In this document: piece by piece, positions 54,037 to 64,000 of the stretch | How the letters are laid out: every line of letters starts with the position of its first letter | Numbering within the stretch: position 1 is the first letter of the stretch | Assembly (NCBI GenBank): GCA_965197645.1 | Contig: OZ240219.1 | Coordinates: forward strand, 1,120,001-1,184,000 | Direction of reading: 5' to 3' | Origin: Dehalococcoidia bacterium | GTDB taxonomy: Bacteria > Chloroflexota > Dehalococcoidia > Plut-88900 | Length of the DNA: 64,000 bases | The notes under the pieces: generated by a model | What the model saw: only the letters and a program-made list of their open reading frames with translations | Told to the model about the DNA's origin: nothing | The model's database searches: none | Position numbers and translations under genes: made by a program

Positions 54037-55881
54037 TTAGGCCAGAATCTTGACCTCTTCTCTACGGTACGCCTCTACGACGTCGCCGGGCTGGAAGTCC
54101 TGGAAACCCTCCACTCCGATACCGCCTTCGGTGCCCGGCGCCAGCTCCCTGACCGAGTCCTTGTAGTGCTGAAGGCTCTTGATGGTGGAATCGTGCAGGC
54201 GGGTGCCGTTGCGGATAACCCGGACGAGGGCGTTCCTGGCCAGGGTCCCCTCGGTTACGCCGATGCCGGCTACCCTGCCGCCCTTGACCTTGAAGATCTC
54301 TTTGACGACGGCCTGAGCTTCGACGACCTCCTTGTACTCGGGCTCGAGCAGTCCAAGAGCGGCCTGCTGCGCATCGTCTATCAGGTTGTATATCACATCG
54401 TAGAAACGGATGGGGACCCCTTCGATGTCCGCCAGTCTCCGGGCGCCCGTTTCACTTCTTGTATTGAATCCCATGATCATGGCATTGGAGGCGGAGGCGA
54501 GCATTACGTCGTTTTCACTGACCGCTCCGCTGCTGGTGCGAATTATCTTTATTCTGACCCGATCAGATGCCAGCTTCTCCAGGGCGCCGCGTATGGCCTC
54601 GGCGCTCCCTTCCACGTCGGTTTTGAGGATTACGTTGAGCTCCTTGGCCTCGCCGGAGGAGACCTGGGCCATCAGACGCTCCATGTTGCCGACGGGGGTC
54701 ACCTGGCGCGCATCGGCTCCTCGACGACGGCGGCGGCCTTTCTCGGCCTTTTTCCCTTCCTGGTCTACGATCAGCGGGTCACCGGCGTGGGGTACGGAGT
54801 CGATTCCCAAGACCTCCACGGGTATCGAAGGGCCTGCTTCCTTCAGCGGCTCGCCGTGGTCGTCGAACATCGCCCGGACCTTGCCCCACGTGTCTCCTAC
54901 AATGAAGGAATCGCCACTGTAAAGGGTACCTGTCTGCACCAGCACCGTGGCTATGGGGCCCTTGGTGGTGTCCAGCTTGGCCTCGATAACGACGCCCCGA
55001 GCGTGCTGGCTGGGGTCGGCCTTGAGCTCCGATATCTCGGCCACTAGGAGCAGGTTCTCCAGGAGGTCCGGGATGCCTTCCTGGGTCTGGGCAGAGACGG
55101 GTACCACGATGGTGTCGCCGCCCCACTCCTCGGGTACCATGCCCAGATCGGTCATCTGTTGCTTTACCCGGTCGGGGTTAGCCCCCTCCATATCTATCTT
55201 GTTTACGGCAACTACAATGGGCACCCCTGCCGCTTTGGCGTGATCTATGGCTTCGCGGGTCTGGGGCATGATCCCATCGTCGGCAGCGACCACCAGGATT
55301 GCGATGTCGGTAACCTGGGCTCCTCGGGCGCGCATTGCGGTGAAGGCCTCGTGGCCCGGGGTATCCAGGAATGTTATCTTCCGGTCCTCGATGTCCACCT
55401 GGTAGGCGCCGATGTGCTGGGTAATGCCGCCTTTTTCCGTGGCGGTTACAGAGGTCTCCCTTATAGAGTCCAGCAGGGTAGTCTTGCCGTGATCTACGTG
55501 ACCCAGGATGGTGACTACCGGGGCCCGGGTCTGGAGTTGGGCATGCTCCTCCGTTTCATCGATATCGGGTTTGACCGATCCGGACCGGGCTTCTTCCACC
55601 GGCTGGGGTTGGAGACCGAAGTCGGATGAGATGGCCGCAGCGGTCTCGTAGTTGATGATCTGGTTGATGTTCGCCATGACGCCACGGCGCATAAGCTGCT
55701 TGATCACGTTGATAGGGTTGGCGCGCATGGTGTCCGCCAACTGCTGGACGGACAGGGCTTGAGGCAACTTGATAATTGGGGCAGCGGGTCTGCGGGGTCG
55801 GGCAGGTTCCTGGGGGGCCCTGGTCGTGGGGGCCTCGCCGGCGCCTGCCTCTTGCTCCGCTATGTCTGTTTTTTCAGTCAT
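54037..55881 (-). CDS. infB: Translation initiation factor IF-2
   Basis: [27 protein letters not shown] and NKID motifs; short N-terminus. Confidence 0.98.
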   Translation of the reverse strand: MTEKTDIAEQEAGAGEAPTTRAPQEPARPRRPAAPIIKLPQALSVQQLADTMRANPINVIKQLMRRGVMANINQIINYETAAAISSDFGLQPQPVEEARSGSVKPDIDETEEHAQLQTRAPVVTILGHVDHGKTTLLDSIRETSVTATEKGGITQHIGAYQVDIEDRKITFLDTPGHEAFTAMRARGAQVTDIAILVVAADDGIMPQTREAIDHAKAAGVPIVVAVNKIDMEGANPDRVKQQMTDLGMVPEEWGGDTIVVPVSAQTQEGIPDLLENLLLVAEISELKADPSQHARGVVIEAKLDTTKGPIATVLVQTGTLYSGDSFIVGDTWGKVRAMFDDHGEPLKEAGPSIPVEVLGIDSVPHAGDPLIVDQEGKKAEKGRRRRRGADARQVTPVGNMERLMAQVSSGEAKELNVILKTDVEGSAEAIRGALEKLASDRVRIKIIRTSSGAVSENDVMLASASNAMIMGFNTRSETGARRLADIEGVPIRFYDVIYNLIDDAQQAALGLLEPEYKEVVEAQAVVKEIFKVKGGRVAGIGVTEGTLARNALVRVIRNGTRLHDSTIKSLQHYKDSVRELAPGTEGGIGVEGFQDFQPGDVVEAYRREEVKILA

Positions 55882-55971
55882 TGGCCTCCGATTGTGTCGC
55901 TAGCGACATAGTATAAGTACAGGGTTTACACGGTACTTAGCGGTTTCTTACATCCGCCCGGCGGGCCCGCT

Positions 55972-56334
55972 TTAGCCCTCAGAGCTCAGGCTACGAGTAT
56001 ATCTCCATAACTGTTCAACGTATTCCTCGCCGATTTGGACTCTGAGGGTACGATTCAGCCTACTCTTCTTGAGGCCTATCTCCCAACAGTCCCTTTTCCG
56101 GTGGAGATAAGCGCCCCGGCCGGACTTCTTTCCCGTTTCATCGACGATAACGGCACCCTCAGGAGTGCGTACTATGCGGACCAGGTCCCCCTTATCTCTC
56201 ACCTCGCCGCAGCCGACGCAGGACCTCTGGGGCCTCGATTTTCGCTTCTGTTCTCTACCCTGTACCTTAGTCACCACACTGGATGAGGCCGGTCTGGTTG
56301 TTCTAGTCCGGTCTGTCGTAGAAGGGCTTGGCAT
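55972..56334 (-). CDS. ylxR: YlxR/DUF448 nucleic-acid-binding protein
   Basis: PQRSCVGC and [10 protein letters not shown] motifs, between nusA and infB. Start uncertain. Confidence 0.88.
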   Translation of the reverse strand: MPSPSTTDRTRTTRPASSSVVTKVQGREQKRKSRPQRSCVGCGEVRDKGDLVRIVRTPEGAVIVDETGKKSGRGAYLHRKRDCWEIGLKKSRLNRTLRVQIGEEYVEQLWRYTRSLSSEG

Positions 56335-57883
56335 TGGGACCGGCTCCCCGGTTACCGCCCATACGCCCCTCCACCTCGTGCCTTCCCCGCTTTCGCTTCT
56401 TTTTCCTGGACTTGGAATTGGATCTACCGGGGATGGCTATGTCCAGGTCCTCGGCAAACCTCAGGACCGAGTCCGTCTTTACGACCACCTCGGGGGCGGT
56501 GGGGAATATCTCCTCTATGGACCTGGTGGCCGGCGCCTCCTCGATGACGGACCTGACGGGCACCTCTTGCAGCTGCGGCGCCTGTTCCTCTGCGGCGATC
56601 AGCACCTCGATCGTTTCCGCCTCTTCGATAGCCGGCGTTTCGGCCGCTACCGCCGGTTCGGGGACTACCTCCTCTGCAGCAATCTCGGCTACGGGGGCCA
56701 GCTCTTCCGCTTCGGTTGGTATCTCTACCACTTCGGCCGGTGCAGCCACAGCCTCGACACCGGCTACGGCGGCTACCGGTTCTTCGATGGGCGTCGGGGC
56801 CTCTTCCTTAGCGGCGGCAGCCAGCACGGCTGCGGCTACCCGCTCCTCCTCAGCTTCGGCCGCGCCTTTGATATCGATGCGCCAGCCTGTAAGCTTGGCG
56901 GCGAGGCGTGCATTTTGTCCCTCTTTACCGATGGCCAGGGAGAGGTGCCGGTCGGACACCACCACCATGGCCTCGCCTTCCTCCTCGTTGACCTCCACTC
57001 GGGCTACCTGGGCCGGGCTCAGCGAGTTGGCGATGTATACGGCCGAATCTTTATCCCACTGCACCACGTCTATCTTCTCGCCGTGCAGCTCGTTGACGAT
57101 GTTCTGTATTCGAATTCCCCGCAGCCCAACGCACGAGCCGACGGGATCGACCCCTTCCTGTTTGGCCGCTACGGCCACCTTTGTCCGGTAACCCGCCTCC
57201 CGGGCGATGGAGCGGATCTCGACGGTGCCGTTGTAGATCTCGGGCACCTCGAGCTCAAAGAGGCGGCTGACCAGGCTTCGGTGACCTCGTGAGACCAGGA
57301 CCTGAGGTCCTTTGGGGCTGCGGTTCACCTCCACTATCAGCACCTTTAGGCGCTGGCCGGCCCGGTACCTCTCGGTGGGCACCATTTCAGAGGTCGGCAT
57401 GATAGCTTCGGTCTTGTCCAGGTCCAGGGTCACCTGCCGGGGGTCGGTGCGCTGGACGACTACGCTGACTATGTCCCCTTCTCGATCGGCGAACTCCTCG
57501 TAGACCAGCTCTCGTTCCGCCTCCCGCAGCCGCTGCATAACCACCTGTTTGGCGGTCTGAGCGGCGATCCGGCCTGCGAACTGGGCGGTGGTCTCTATCT
57601 CTACTACATCGCCGACTACGGCGCCCTTCTTGTACTCTTGCGCCTCCTTTGGGGTCATCTCCAGCTTGGAGTCCTCCACCTCATCCGCCACGGTCTTGAT
57701 CACAGCCACCCGGACCTCGCCGCTATTGGGAAGGATTTTGACTGAAAGATCCTGGCCAGCGGCTATGCTGTCCTTCTTATAGACCGAGACCAGGGCTGCT
57801 TCGATGGCCGAAATCACCACCTCCCTGGGTAGATTTCTTTCCGCCGCCAACTGCGTCACCGCGATCAGAAAATCGCTTTTCAT
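56303..57883 (-). CDS. nusA: Transcription termination/antitermination factor NusA with acidic C-terminal extension
   Basis: [27 protein letters not shown] and [22 protein letters not shown] motifs. Confidence 0.97.
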   Translation of the reverse strand: MKSDFLIAVTQLAAERNLPREVVISAIEAALVSVYKKDSIAAGQDLSVKILPNSGEVRVAVIKTVADEVEDSKLEMTPKEAQEYKKGAVVGDVVEIETTAQFAGRIAAQTAKQVVMQRLREAERELVYEEFADREGDIVSVVVQRTDPRQVTLDLDKTEAIMPTSEMVPTERYRAGQRLKVLIVEVNRSPKGPQVLVSRGHRSLVSRLFELEVPEIYNGTVEIRSIAREAGYRTKVAVAAKQEGVDPVGSCVGLRGIRIQNIVNELHGEKIDVVQWDKDSAVYIANSLSPAQVARVEVNEEEGEAMVVVSDRHLSLAIGKEGQNARLAAKLTGWRIDIKGAAEAEEERVAAAVLAAAAKEEAPTPIEEPVAAVAGVEAVAAPAEVVEIPTEAEELAPVAEIAAEEVVPEPAVAAETPAIEEAETIEVLIAAEEQAPQLQEVPVRSVIEEAPATRSIEEIFPTAPEVVVKTDSVLRFAEDLDIAIPGRSNSKSRKKKRKRGRHEVEGRMGGNRGAGPNAKPFYDRPD

Positions 57884-57932
57884 ACCGGTCTATACCCTCC
57901 TTATAGACCTGAGCCCATTCATCCCCTTATAG

Positions 57933-57958
57933 CAAAAAAGTGGGTGAACCCCACTTTA
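57933..57958 (-). promoter_or_regulatory. rimP-leader-like hairpin/attenuator upstream of nusA
   Basis: Minus AAAGTGGG-GTTCA-CCCACTTTTTT. Confidence 0.6.
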
Positions 57959-57984
57959 CGACGGTCACTATTTGATTCGTAGGC

Positions 57985-58014
57985 ATTATATCAGAGGTGT
58001 TCCGCCGGTTGCAA
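57985..58014 (-). promoter_or_regulatory. Sigma70 promoter for the nusA operon
   Basis: TTGCAA-18nt-TATAAT with a TG extension. Confidence 0.7.
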
Positions 58015-58134
58015 GCCTGGGTACACCTTGAGGGAGGCGAGTTTCCGTCCAGTTCGGTGACGGACCGTGGGTCTCGACAAACGGTCTCAGTCCAAGTCTT
58101 AGCTGCCCCGGCGGACCGAAGCGGAGGGGGCCGC

Positions 58135-59388
58135 TTACGTTGTGGCGAGGGCCTCTGACATGACCGGATGGTCAATGTGGCGGGGTAGAAGGAGGGCGGC
58201 CACGGGCATGGTAACCGAGGCGATACAGGCGACGGTCAACGCCAGGCGCAGGTCACCAAAGGCCTGCTGCAGCGCTCCGGTAAGCACCGGTCCGATTATC
58301 GCTCCGCTCATCATGATGGACCGGATCAACGCGCTGGCTACTGCCACCTCTCGAGGCTTGATCCCCGGAAGCTCGAAGGGGATGGTAAAGATAATCGGGA
58401 AGATGGTCACGGACAACCCGTTGGCGATGGACAACATGGAGAGGTTGAAGAAGGAGCCTGTGTACAGCATTCCCGCGTAGCTGAGACCCATCAAGATCCC
58501 GGATATGAACAGGAGCGGTCTCTTCTTGCCCGTCCTGCTTACCAGAACGCCGACCGCGAGGGCAGCCGGCGCCATCACGAATCCTCCCAAAGCCCTCACG
58601 ACAGTCGATTTCGTCAGTGAGAGGCCGTAGGTGTCCAGCATGTAGCTGGGCCAGAAGGTGGACATCGAGGAGAAGGTGATGTCCAGACCGAGGACACCTA
58701 TCGCCAGTATCCACAGCTCCTTGTACCGGAAGATGCTGCGGACCGGGCTTCTCCCCTGGGAACGCATCTCCGAGGTGTACTCGCCGGTCGTCCGCTCCTT
58801 TCCCAGTACCTGCCACGTCAGGGTGATGAGCAGCGTTACTCCGGCGAACAGGTAGTAGGTAGCCCTCCAATTGTCATTGAAGGCACCCAGGATTACAGGG
58901 AACAGGATGAACAGGGCGCTCCCGAAACCCCACAGCAGCTCGATGGTGGCGTTGGCCATCACTATCTGCTTGGGGTCCATCCACTGCCTGATCAGCAGCG
59001 CTCTGGCCGGGTCCCGCGCAACGATGGTCAACCCGTAGAGGAACCTGCCGAGCAGCAAAGCCCCGAAGGCCGGGGCCCAGCCCTGGTACACCATCAAGAG
59101 GGTCGCGGCTATGTGAGTGGCCGTGGTGAGTCGTTTGGGGCTGAGCCGGGAGAGAAATACCCCGGAAGGGATAGCCAGTATCAGGTTGCCTATCTGAGGA
59201 GCGGCCCCCAGCCAGCCTTCCTGCCACGGAACAAGTCCCAGCTCCTCTCTCATGGCGGGAAGGAAGATCCCCAGGCTTTCGATCATCATGAAGCCCCACA
59301 TGTTGGCCGCCATCCAGGTGACCACCACAACCCATCGGTACCACGTGGGCTCCTGGGACTCGGGTGGGGAGCTCAAGGCTTCACTCAT
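58135..59388 (-). CDS. MFS transporter
   Basis: About 12 hydrophobic segments with motif A-like GVFLSRLSPKR and GVLVSRTGKKR. Start at 59388 or 59397. Confidence 0.88.
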   Translation of the reverse strand: MSEALSSPPESQEPTWYRWVVVVTWMAANMWGFMMIESLGIFLPAMREELGLVPWQEGWLGAAPQIGNLILAIPSGVFLSRLSPKRLTTATHIAATLLMVYQGWAPAFGALLLGRFLYGLTIVARDPARALLIRQWMDPKQIVMANATIELLWGFGSALFILFPVILGAFNDNWRATYYLFAGVTLLITLTWQVLGKERTTGEYTSEMRSQGRSPVRSIFRYKELWILAIGVLGLDITFSSMSTFWPSYMLDTYGLSLTKSTVVRALGGFVMAPAALAVGVLVSRTGKKRPLLFISGILMGLSYAGMLYTGSFFNLSMLSIANGLSVTIFPIIFTIPFELPGIKPREVAVASALIRSIMMSGAIIGPVLTGALQQAFGDLRLALTVACIASVTMPVAALLLPRHIDHPVMSEALATT

Positions 59389-59444
59389 GGTTGGCACGAT
59401 ACTACCGGCAGGGATATACTGTCCACACGTTAGCGAGGTGGAAC

Positions 59445-61781
59445 GTGACTGCAGCAGGCATCACCCGGGAAGACTTGAAATCGGCCCTGCCGGACGTGTC
59501 CAACGACATGTCCCTGAAGGGGATAGATGGACCGGTGGAGATACTGCGAGACCGGCTGGGGATACCCCACGTCCGAGCGGAGTCCACCCACGATGCGTTT
59601 TTCGGTCAGGGATACGCCACGGCCCAGGATAGGCTGTGGCACATGGAGTACGACCGGCGTCGTGCGGCCGGCCGGTGGGCCGAGTACGCGGGCCCGGAAG
59701 CGTTGGAGCAGGACCGGTTCATGCGCCGTTTCCGGCTGGCATTCAGCGCCAAGGCCGACTACGAGGTGATCAAGCCGGAGACCAGGGCCATGCTGCAGGC
59801 CTATTCCGACGGCGTCAACGCCTTCGTCGGCAGCACCGCCAACCTGCCCGCGGAGTATGGGATAGTGGAAGCGGAGCCCGAGCCATGGCATCCCTGTGAC
59901 TCTCTGGCCGTATTCAAAGTGCGGCACATCCTCATGGGCGTCTTCGAGGGGAAGATATGGCGGGCCAAGCTGGTGAACCAGCTGGGGGCGGAGAGGGCCG
60001 CCGAGCTGCTTTCCGGGTACGAAGTTGGACACCTGCTGACCGTTCCACCCGGAGGGCTCTACTCCGGTCCCGCTCCCAGCGGCTTGAAGGAGATGTTGGA
60101 GGGCGTGGAAGCCGTGTCTCCGTTTAAGAACACGGATGCGGGAAGCAACAACTGGGTCCTGGATGGCCGGCGCACGGCTTCGGGCAAACCGTTGCTGGCC
60201 GGCGACCCCCATAGGGGTCTCGATACTCCCAACGTCTACTATCAGAACCACGTCTCATGTCCCGAATTCGACGTCGTCGGCATGTCGTTTCCGGGGGTGC
60301 CCGGGTTCCCCCACTTCGGTCACAACGCCTGGGTGGCATGGTGCGTGACCCATGCCATGGCCGATTACCAGGACCTGTACATCGAGCGGTTCCAGGAGGG
60401 CGACCCGGCCCGGTACTTGGTCGATGAAGAGTATCAGCAGGCCGAGGTCCACAAAGAGACGATTGACGTGAAGGACGGGCAGTCCGAAGAGTTGGATGTG
60501 ACGGTGACCCGGCACGGGCCCGTCATTCTGGGAGACCCGTCGGCGGGACACGGGCTCGCCTTCAGGTACACCGCCACCGCCGAGCCGATAAACGCCGCAG
60601 ACGTGTTGTTGGAAATGCTGAAAGCCCAGTCTATCGAGGAGATGGACGAATCGATGCGGGACTGGGTCGATCCCTGTAACAATCTCCTGTTCGCCGACGT
60701 ACATGGGGGAATCCAGTACCTGACCCGGGGTAAAGTTCCGGTGCGCAGCTTCGCCAACGCCTGGCTCCCGGTGCCGGGCTGGACCGGAGAGCACGAGTGG
60801 CAGGGGATGGCGCCCTTCGAAGAGATGCCCCGGTCCCGCAACCCGGAGGACGGGTACATCATAACCGCCAACCACCGGATAGTGGATGAGGACTTCCCCT
60901 ACTACATCGGGCTGGACTACTACGCCGAGTTCAGGGCGCGGAGGATCAAGGAGAGACTCGGCGAGATCGAAAGCGCCACGGTCGATGACATGGCCGAAGT
61001 ACACTCGGACGACGTATCGATACCCGCTGCCGAGATCGCTGCGCTCCTGTCCAACTCCAGTCCGAAAACCGCCGATGCTCTGATCGCCAGGGATAAGCTG
61101 GTGAAGTGGGACGGGAGCATGCACAAGGACCGGATAGAGCCTACGCTGTTCAGCGCCTACCGGGACGCGCTGGTGGAGAAGGTAGCCGGATATACCATCG
61201 GGCCGCTGGCCGAAGAGGCCTTGAGCGGGGTGGGTCGAGGGGGCCCTCAGTGGCTGCACAACCTGGGCACCGTCATCCGGCGATACGCTCGAGAAGGAGA
61301 AAATGGCTTCCTGCCCAAAGGCCGTAGCTGGGGATCGGTCATGGCGGAGGCCCTGGAAGAGGCCACGGCGCGATTGCGGGATAGACTGGGCGACGACATG
61401 AGCTCCTGGACGTGGGGAAGCGTCCACACCACCCGTCCTCGGCACACCCTGTCTCCATACTTCCCAGAGGTGTCCGACCTGTTGGACCCGCCCGCGGTGA
61501 CCTTGAGCGGGGACGGAGACACACCGCTGGCCGGCAGCTACGACTTGTCGGACCCCTTCGTCATCTCCAGCACCTCGGTGTCGAGGTACGTGTTCGATCT
61601 GGCGGACTGGAACAACTGCAGGTGGATTGTGCCGCTGGGATCGTCGGGACATCCGGGGAGCGACCACTTCTCCGACCAGGCGGTGACCTGGAGCGAGGTC
61701 AAGCTGCTTCCCATGCTCTACGATTGGGAGCGCATAGAGGCCGAGGCGGAGTCCCGGCAGACGTTGAACCCGAGCAGCTAG
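59445..61781 (+). CDS. Penicillin acylase family (Ntn-hydrolase, S45) protein
   Basis: ILRDRLGIPHV, GYATAQDRLW, GSNNW (catalytic Ser), LAGDPH and GSSGHPGSDHFSDQ motifs. GTG start after GAGGTG. Confidence 0.93.
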   Translation: MTAAGITREDLKSALPDVSNDMSLKGIDGPVEILRDRLGIPHVRAESTHDAFFGQGYATAQDRLWHMEYDRRRAAGRWAEYAGPEALEQDRFMRRFRLAFSAKADYEVIKPETRAMLQAYSDGVNAFVGSTANLPAEYGIVEAEPEPWHPCDSLAVFKVRHILMGVFEGKIWRAKLVNQLGAERAAELLSGYEVGHLLTVPPGGLYSGPAPSGLKEMLEGVEAVSPFKNTDAGSNNWVLDGRRTASGKPLLAGDPHRGLDTPNVYYQNHVSCPEFDVVGMSFPGVPGFPHFGHNAWVAWCVTHAMADYQDLYIERFQEGDPARYLVDEEYQQAEVHKETIDVKDGQSEELDVTVTRHGPVILGDPSAGHGLAFRYTATAEPINAADVLLEMLKAQSIEEMDESMRDWVDPCNNLLFADVHGGIQYLTRGKVPVRSFANAWLPVPGWTGEHEWQGMAPFEEMPRSRNPEDGYIITANHRIVDEDFPYYIGLDYYAEFRARRIKERLGEIESATVDDMAEVHSDDVSIPAAEIAALLSNSSPKTADALIARDKLVKWDGSMHKDRIEPTLFSAYRDALVEKVAGYTIGPLAEEALSGVGRGGPQWLHNLGTVIRRYAREGENGFLPKGRSWGSVMAEALEEATARLRDRLGDDMSSWTWGSVHTTRPRHTLSPYFPEVSDLLDPPAVTLSGDGDTPLAGSYDLSDPFVISSTSVSRYVFDLADWNNCRWIVPLGSSGHPGSDHFSDQAVTWSEVKLLPMLYDWERIEAEAESRQTLNPSS

Positions 61782-61894
61782 CGGCTCGCTCTAGACCCGT
61801 GGCCGGGGGTACCCGTACAACCCATCGGTTCCCGGTTCGTACCAGGAAGCTAGCGCCCCCGCTTGGCGCAGGACTGAAGCAAAGGAAGAGACCG

Positions 61895-63157
61895 ATGGCG
61901 CAAGCGTTAACCAGTCCATTCGACAACCCGGACCGTGTGGCTCCGGAAGTAATCGCCAATCCGTATCCCAGCTATGACGAGCTGCGTACCAGAGACCCGG
62001 TCCACTGGAACGATGGACTCAAATACTGGGCCCTGACCCGGTACCCCGACGTCTTGGCGGCACTGCGAGATCGGCGTCTTTCCATGGAGCGGATGTCCTT
62101 CTTCGTAGGCCGGCTTCCAGAGCCGGTCCAGGAGATGATGGCCCCCGTCACTCGGCTCTTCTCCAACATGATGTTGATGTCCGATCCGCCGAAGCACACC
62201 CGGCTCCGCAGCTTGGCCAACAAAGCGTTCACCCCGCGGGTGGTCGAGGCTATACGGTCCCATATACAGGCTATCGTCGACCGCGCTCTCGATAAGGTTG
62301 AAGAGGCGGGCAAGATGGACGTGATAGCCGATCTGGCATACCCGCTGCCCGTTACGGTCATCTGCGAGATGCTGGGTGTGGCGCCCGAAGACCGGGAACA
62401 GTTCAAGAATTGGAGCGACGACCTGGCCTACTTCCTGGGCGATATTCGCCGCGCTGCTCAACATATTCCCGTCGCCCAGCAGAGCGCGCTGGCAATGACG
62501 GAGTACCTTAAAGACATAATCAGGGAATGTCGTCGTAACCCCAGGGATAACCTTATTAGTGCCCTGGTGGCCGTCGAAGAGCAGGGAGAGGTGTTCAGCG
62601 AGGAAGAGCTTTTCTCGATGTTCATCCTGCTGCATCTAGGAGGCCATGAGACCACCACCAATCTCATCGGCAACGGCCTGCTGGCCCTGTTGCAGAACCC
62701 GGACCAGTTGGAGAAGCTGAAAGCCGACCCTTCCCTGATCGAGACCGCCGTCGAGGAGTTCCTGCGCTACAACAGCCCGATACAGTCTACGATTCGGCTG
62801 GCCTTGGAAGACCTGGAGATAGGCGGCCAGTCGATCTCCCAGGGGCAGTGGGTGGGGATATACATAGGGGCGGCCAACACGGATCCTGCGCAGTTTGCCG
62901 ATCCGGACCGGCTGGATATCACGAGGCGGGAGAACAGGCACCTTGCCTTCGGGTTCGGGCCTCATTTTTGCCTGGGCGCCGCCCTGGCCCGATTGGAAGG
63001 ACAGATCGCCATCAATACCGTCCTTCGTCGCATGCGCCATCTGAGGCTGGAGCCCCCCTTCTCCCCCGAAAGCCCGGTGGAGGAATTCCCGTGGCGGAAC
63101 AATCGGGCCTTTCACGGCTTGGAGTCTTTGCCAGTGGCTTTCAACGGCGCGTCCTGA
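61895..63157 (+). CDS. Cytochrome P450
   Basis: DPPKHTRLR, GGHETT (I-helix), EEFLR (ExxR) and HLAFGFGPHFCLGA (heme Cys). Confidence 0.96.
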   Translation: MAQALTSPFDNPDRVAPEVIANPYPSYDELRTRDPVHWNDGLKYWALTRYPDVLAALRDRRLSMERMSFFVGRLPEPVQEMMAPVTRLFSNMMLMSDPPKHTRLRSLANKAFTPRVVEAIRSHIQAIVDRALDKVEEAGKMDVIADLAYPLPVTVICEMLGVAPEDREQFKNWSDDLAYFLGDIRRAAQHIPVAQQSALAMTEYLKDIIRECRRNPRDNLISALVAVEEQGEVFSEEELFSMFILLHLGGHETTTNLIGNGLLALLQNPDQLEKLKADPSLIETAVEEFLRYNSPIQSTIRLALEDLEIGGQSISQGQWVGIYIGAANTDPAQFADPDRLDITRRENRHLAFGFGPHFCLGAALARLEGQIAINTVLRRMRHLRLEPPFSPESPVEEFPWRNNRAFHGLESLPVAFNGAS

Positions 63158-63251
63158 GGACCAGGACTGGGACCGTGCCAAGGGTGGTCGGAACAACCGC
63201 CCCTACGAAAACTGTAATACCGATACGTCAACCCTGACCAAGGAGGAGAAC

Positions 63252-64000
63252 ATGCCCGTTGTAGACCTATCGCTGGAGGGAAAGGTAGCATTGATAACCG
63301 GCGGCTCCAAGGGGATCGGCCTGGCTATAGGACTGGCGTATGCCGAGCACGGGGCTGATATCGCCATCGCCGCTCGGGGTGCTGAAGCCCTGGAGACCGC
63401 ACGAAAGGAGATCCAGGCCACCGGTCGGAGGGTCATCGCCATACAGGCCGACGCCAGCAACGACGAAGGCCTTGAAAGCATGTACCAACGCACCGTCGAT
63501 GAGCTGGGCGGCGTGGACATCCTGATAAACAACGCAGCCAGGGGTGGAATGCCCAATCTGGGCGATACCACCCACGAGATGTTCGAAGCTGTTATGCAGA
63601 TGAACATGTGGGCGCCCCTCAGACTCTCTCAGCTTTGCCGTCAATCGATGGTCGAGAGAGGTGGGGGAGTGATTATCAACATCGTCTCCAACGAGGGGGT
63701 CAGGCCTTCGTTGGGCATCGGAATTTACGCCCCCTCCAAGGCCGGGCTTATGAACCTTTCCCAGCTGCTGGCCAAGGAGTGGGTCAGGGACAATATACGG
63801 GTGACCTGCATCGCCCCCGGCCTGATACGGACCGAGTTGGCCACGCGACTGGTGGAAGCCGTCGAGGCCTCCGGCCACTATCCCAGCCCCCAGTTGCGCA
63901 TCGGCGAGCCTGCCGAGATAGCCGGGATGGCCCTGTTCCTGGCGAGCCCGGCGGGGAGCTATGCCACAGGCGAGACCTACGTGGTGGACGGCGGCGAGAT
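63252..64000 (+). CDS. SDR family oxidoreductase (runs off the window)
   Basis: Translated by eye: MPVVDLSLEGKVALITGGSKGIG, DILINNA, YAPSK, IAPG. AGGAGG SD upstream. Confidence 0.92.
   Translation, partial: MPVVDLSLEGKVALITGGSKGIGLAIGLAYAEHGADIAIAARGAEALETARKEIQATGRRVIAIQADASNDEGLESMYQRTVDELGGVDILINNAARGGMPNLGDTTHEMFEAVMQMNMWAPLRLSQLCRQSMVERGGGVIINIVSNEGVRPSLGIGIYAPSKAGLMNLSQLLAKEWVRDNIRVTCIAPGLIRTELATRLVEAVEASGHYPSPQLRIGEPAEIAGMALFLASPAGSYATGETYVVDGGE

Noticed and set aside
58135-59397. MSEAL peptide at both ends of the MFS protein
   Set aside because: The codons differ (ATGAGTGAAGCCTTG vs ATGTCAGAGGCCCTC), so it is not a DNA repeat and is probably chance.
61795-61870. Faint 5S rRNA-like words (GGGGGTAC..CCCAT..GGAAGCTA..GCCCCC)
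   Set aside because: It lacks the CCGAAC loop, the 3' domain and the terminal helix, and is too short for 5S.
61412-61894. Apparent 161-aa N-terminal extension of the P450, or an acylase-P450 frameshift fusion
   Set aside because: It overlaps the acylase C-terminus in another frame, the acylase ends normally, and a purine-rich SD precedes ATG 61895.

Overview
High-GC bacterial chromosomal segment. Gene content suggests Chloroflexota/Dehalococcoidia, possibly SAR202-like; this is an inference. Core blocks: a complex I-like operon without the N module (nuoABCDHIJKL plus the start of nuoM), tmk, a Ycf45/SpoIIIAA-like R3H ATPase, pdxST, pyrD and rpoBC. A stand-alone 23S rRNA gene has its own promoter, no adjacent 16S or 5S, and is followed by initiator tRNA-Met. 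A translation cluster runs nusA-ylxR-infB-rbfA-truB-tRNA-Val-thrS-infC-rpmI-rplT-pheST. Accessory blocks: (i) a tandem array of four paralogous family-5 ABC substrate-binding lipoproteins with no permease or ATPase in the window; (ii) a divergent catabolic cluster (N-acyl-D-amino-acid deacylase-like, PhyH dioxygenase, Hcy methyltransferase, SAM methyltransferase, two amidohydrolases) interspersed with REP-like palindromic repeats; (iii) an MFS transporter divergent from penicillin acylase-P450-SDR. The best candidate for an undescribed system is the SBP array. Each copy has its own promoter, terminator and a ~180-nt leader with a conserved SD-AUG-UAG-CAG-UAA start-stop element, a hairpin able to occlude it, and a ~44-nt hypervariable island between near-identical flanks.
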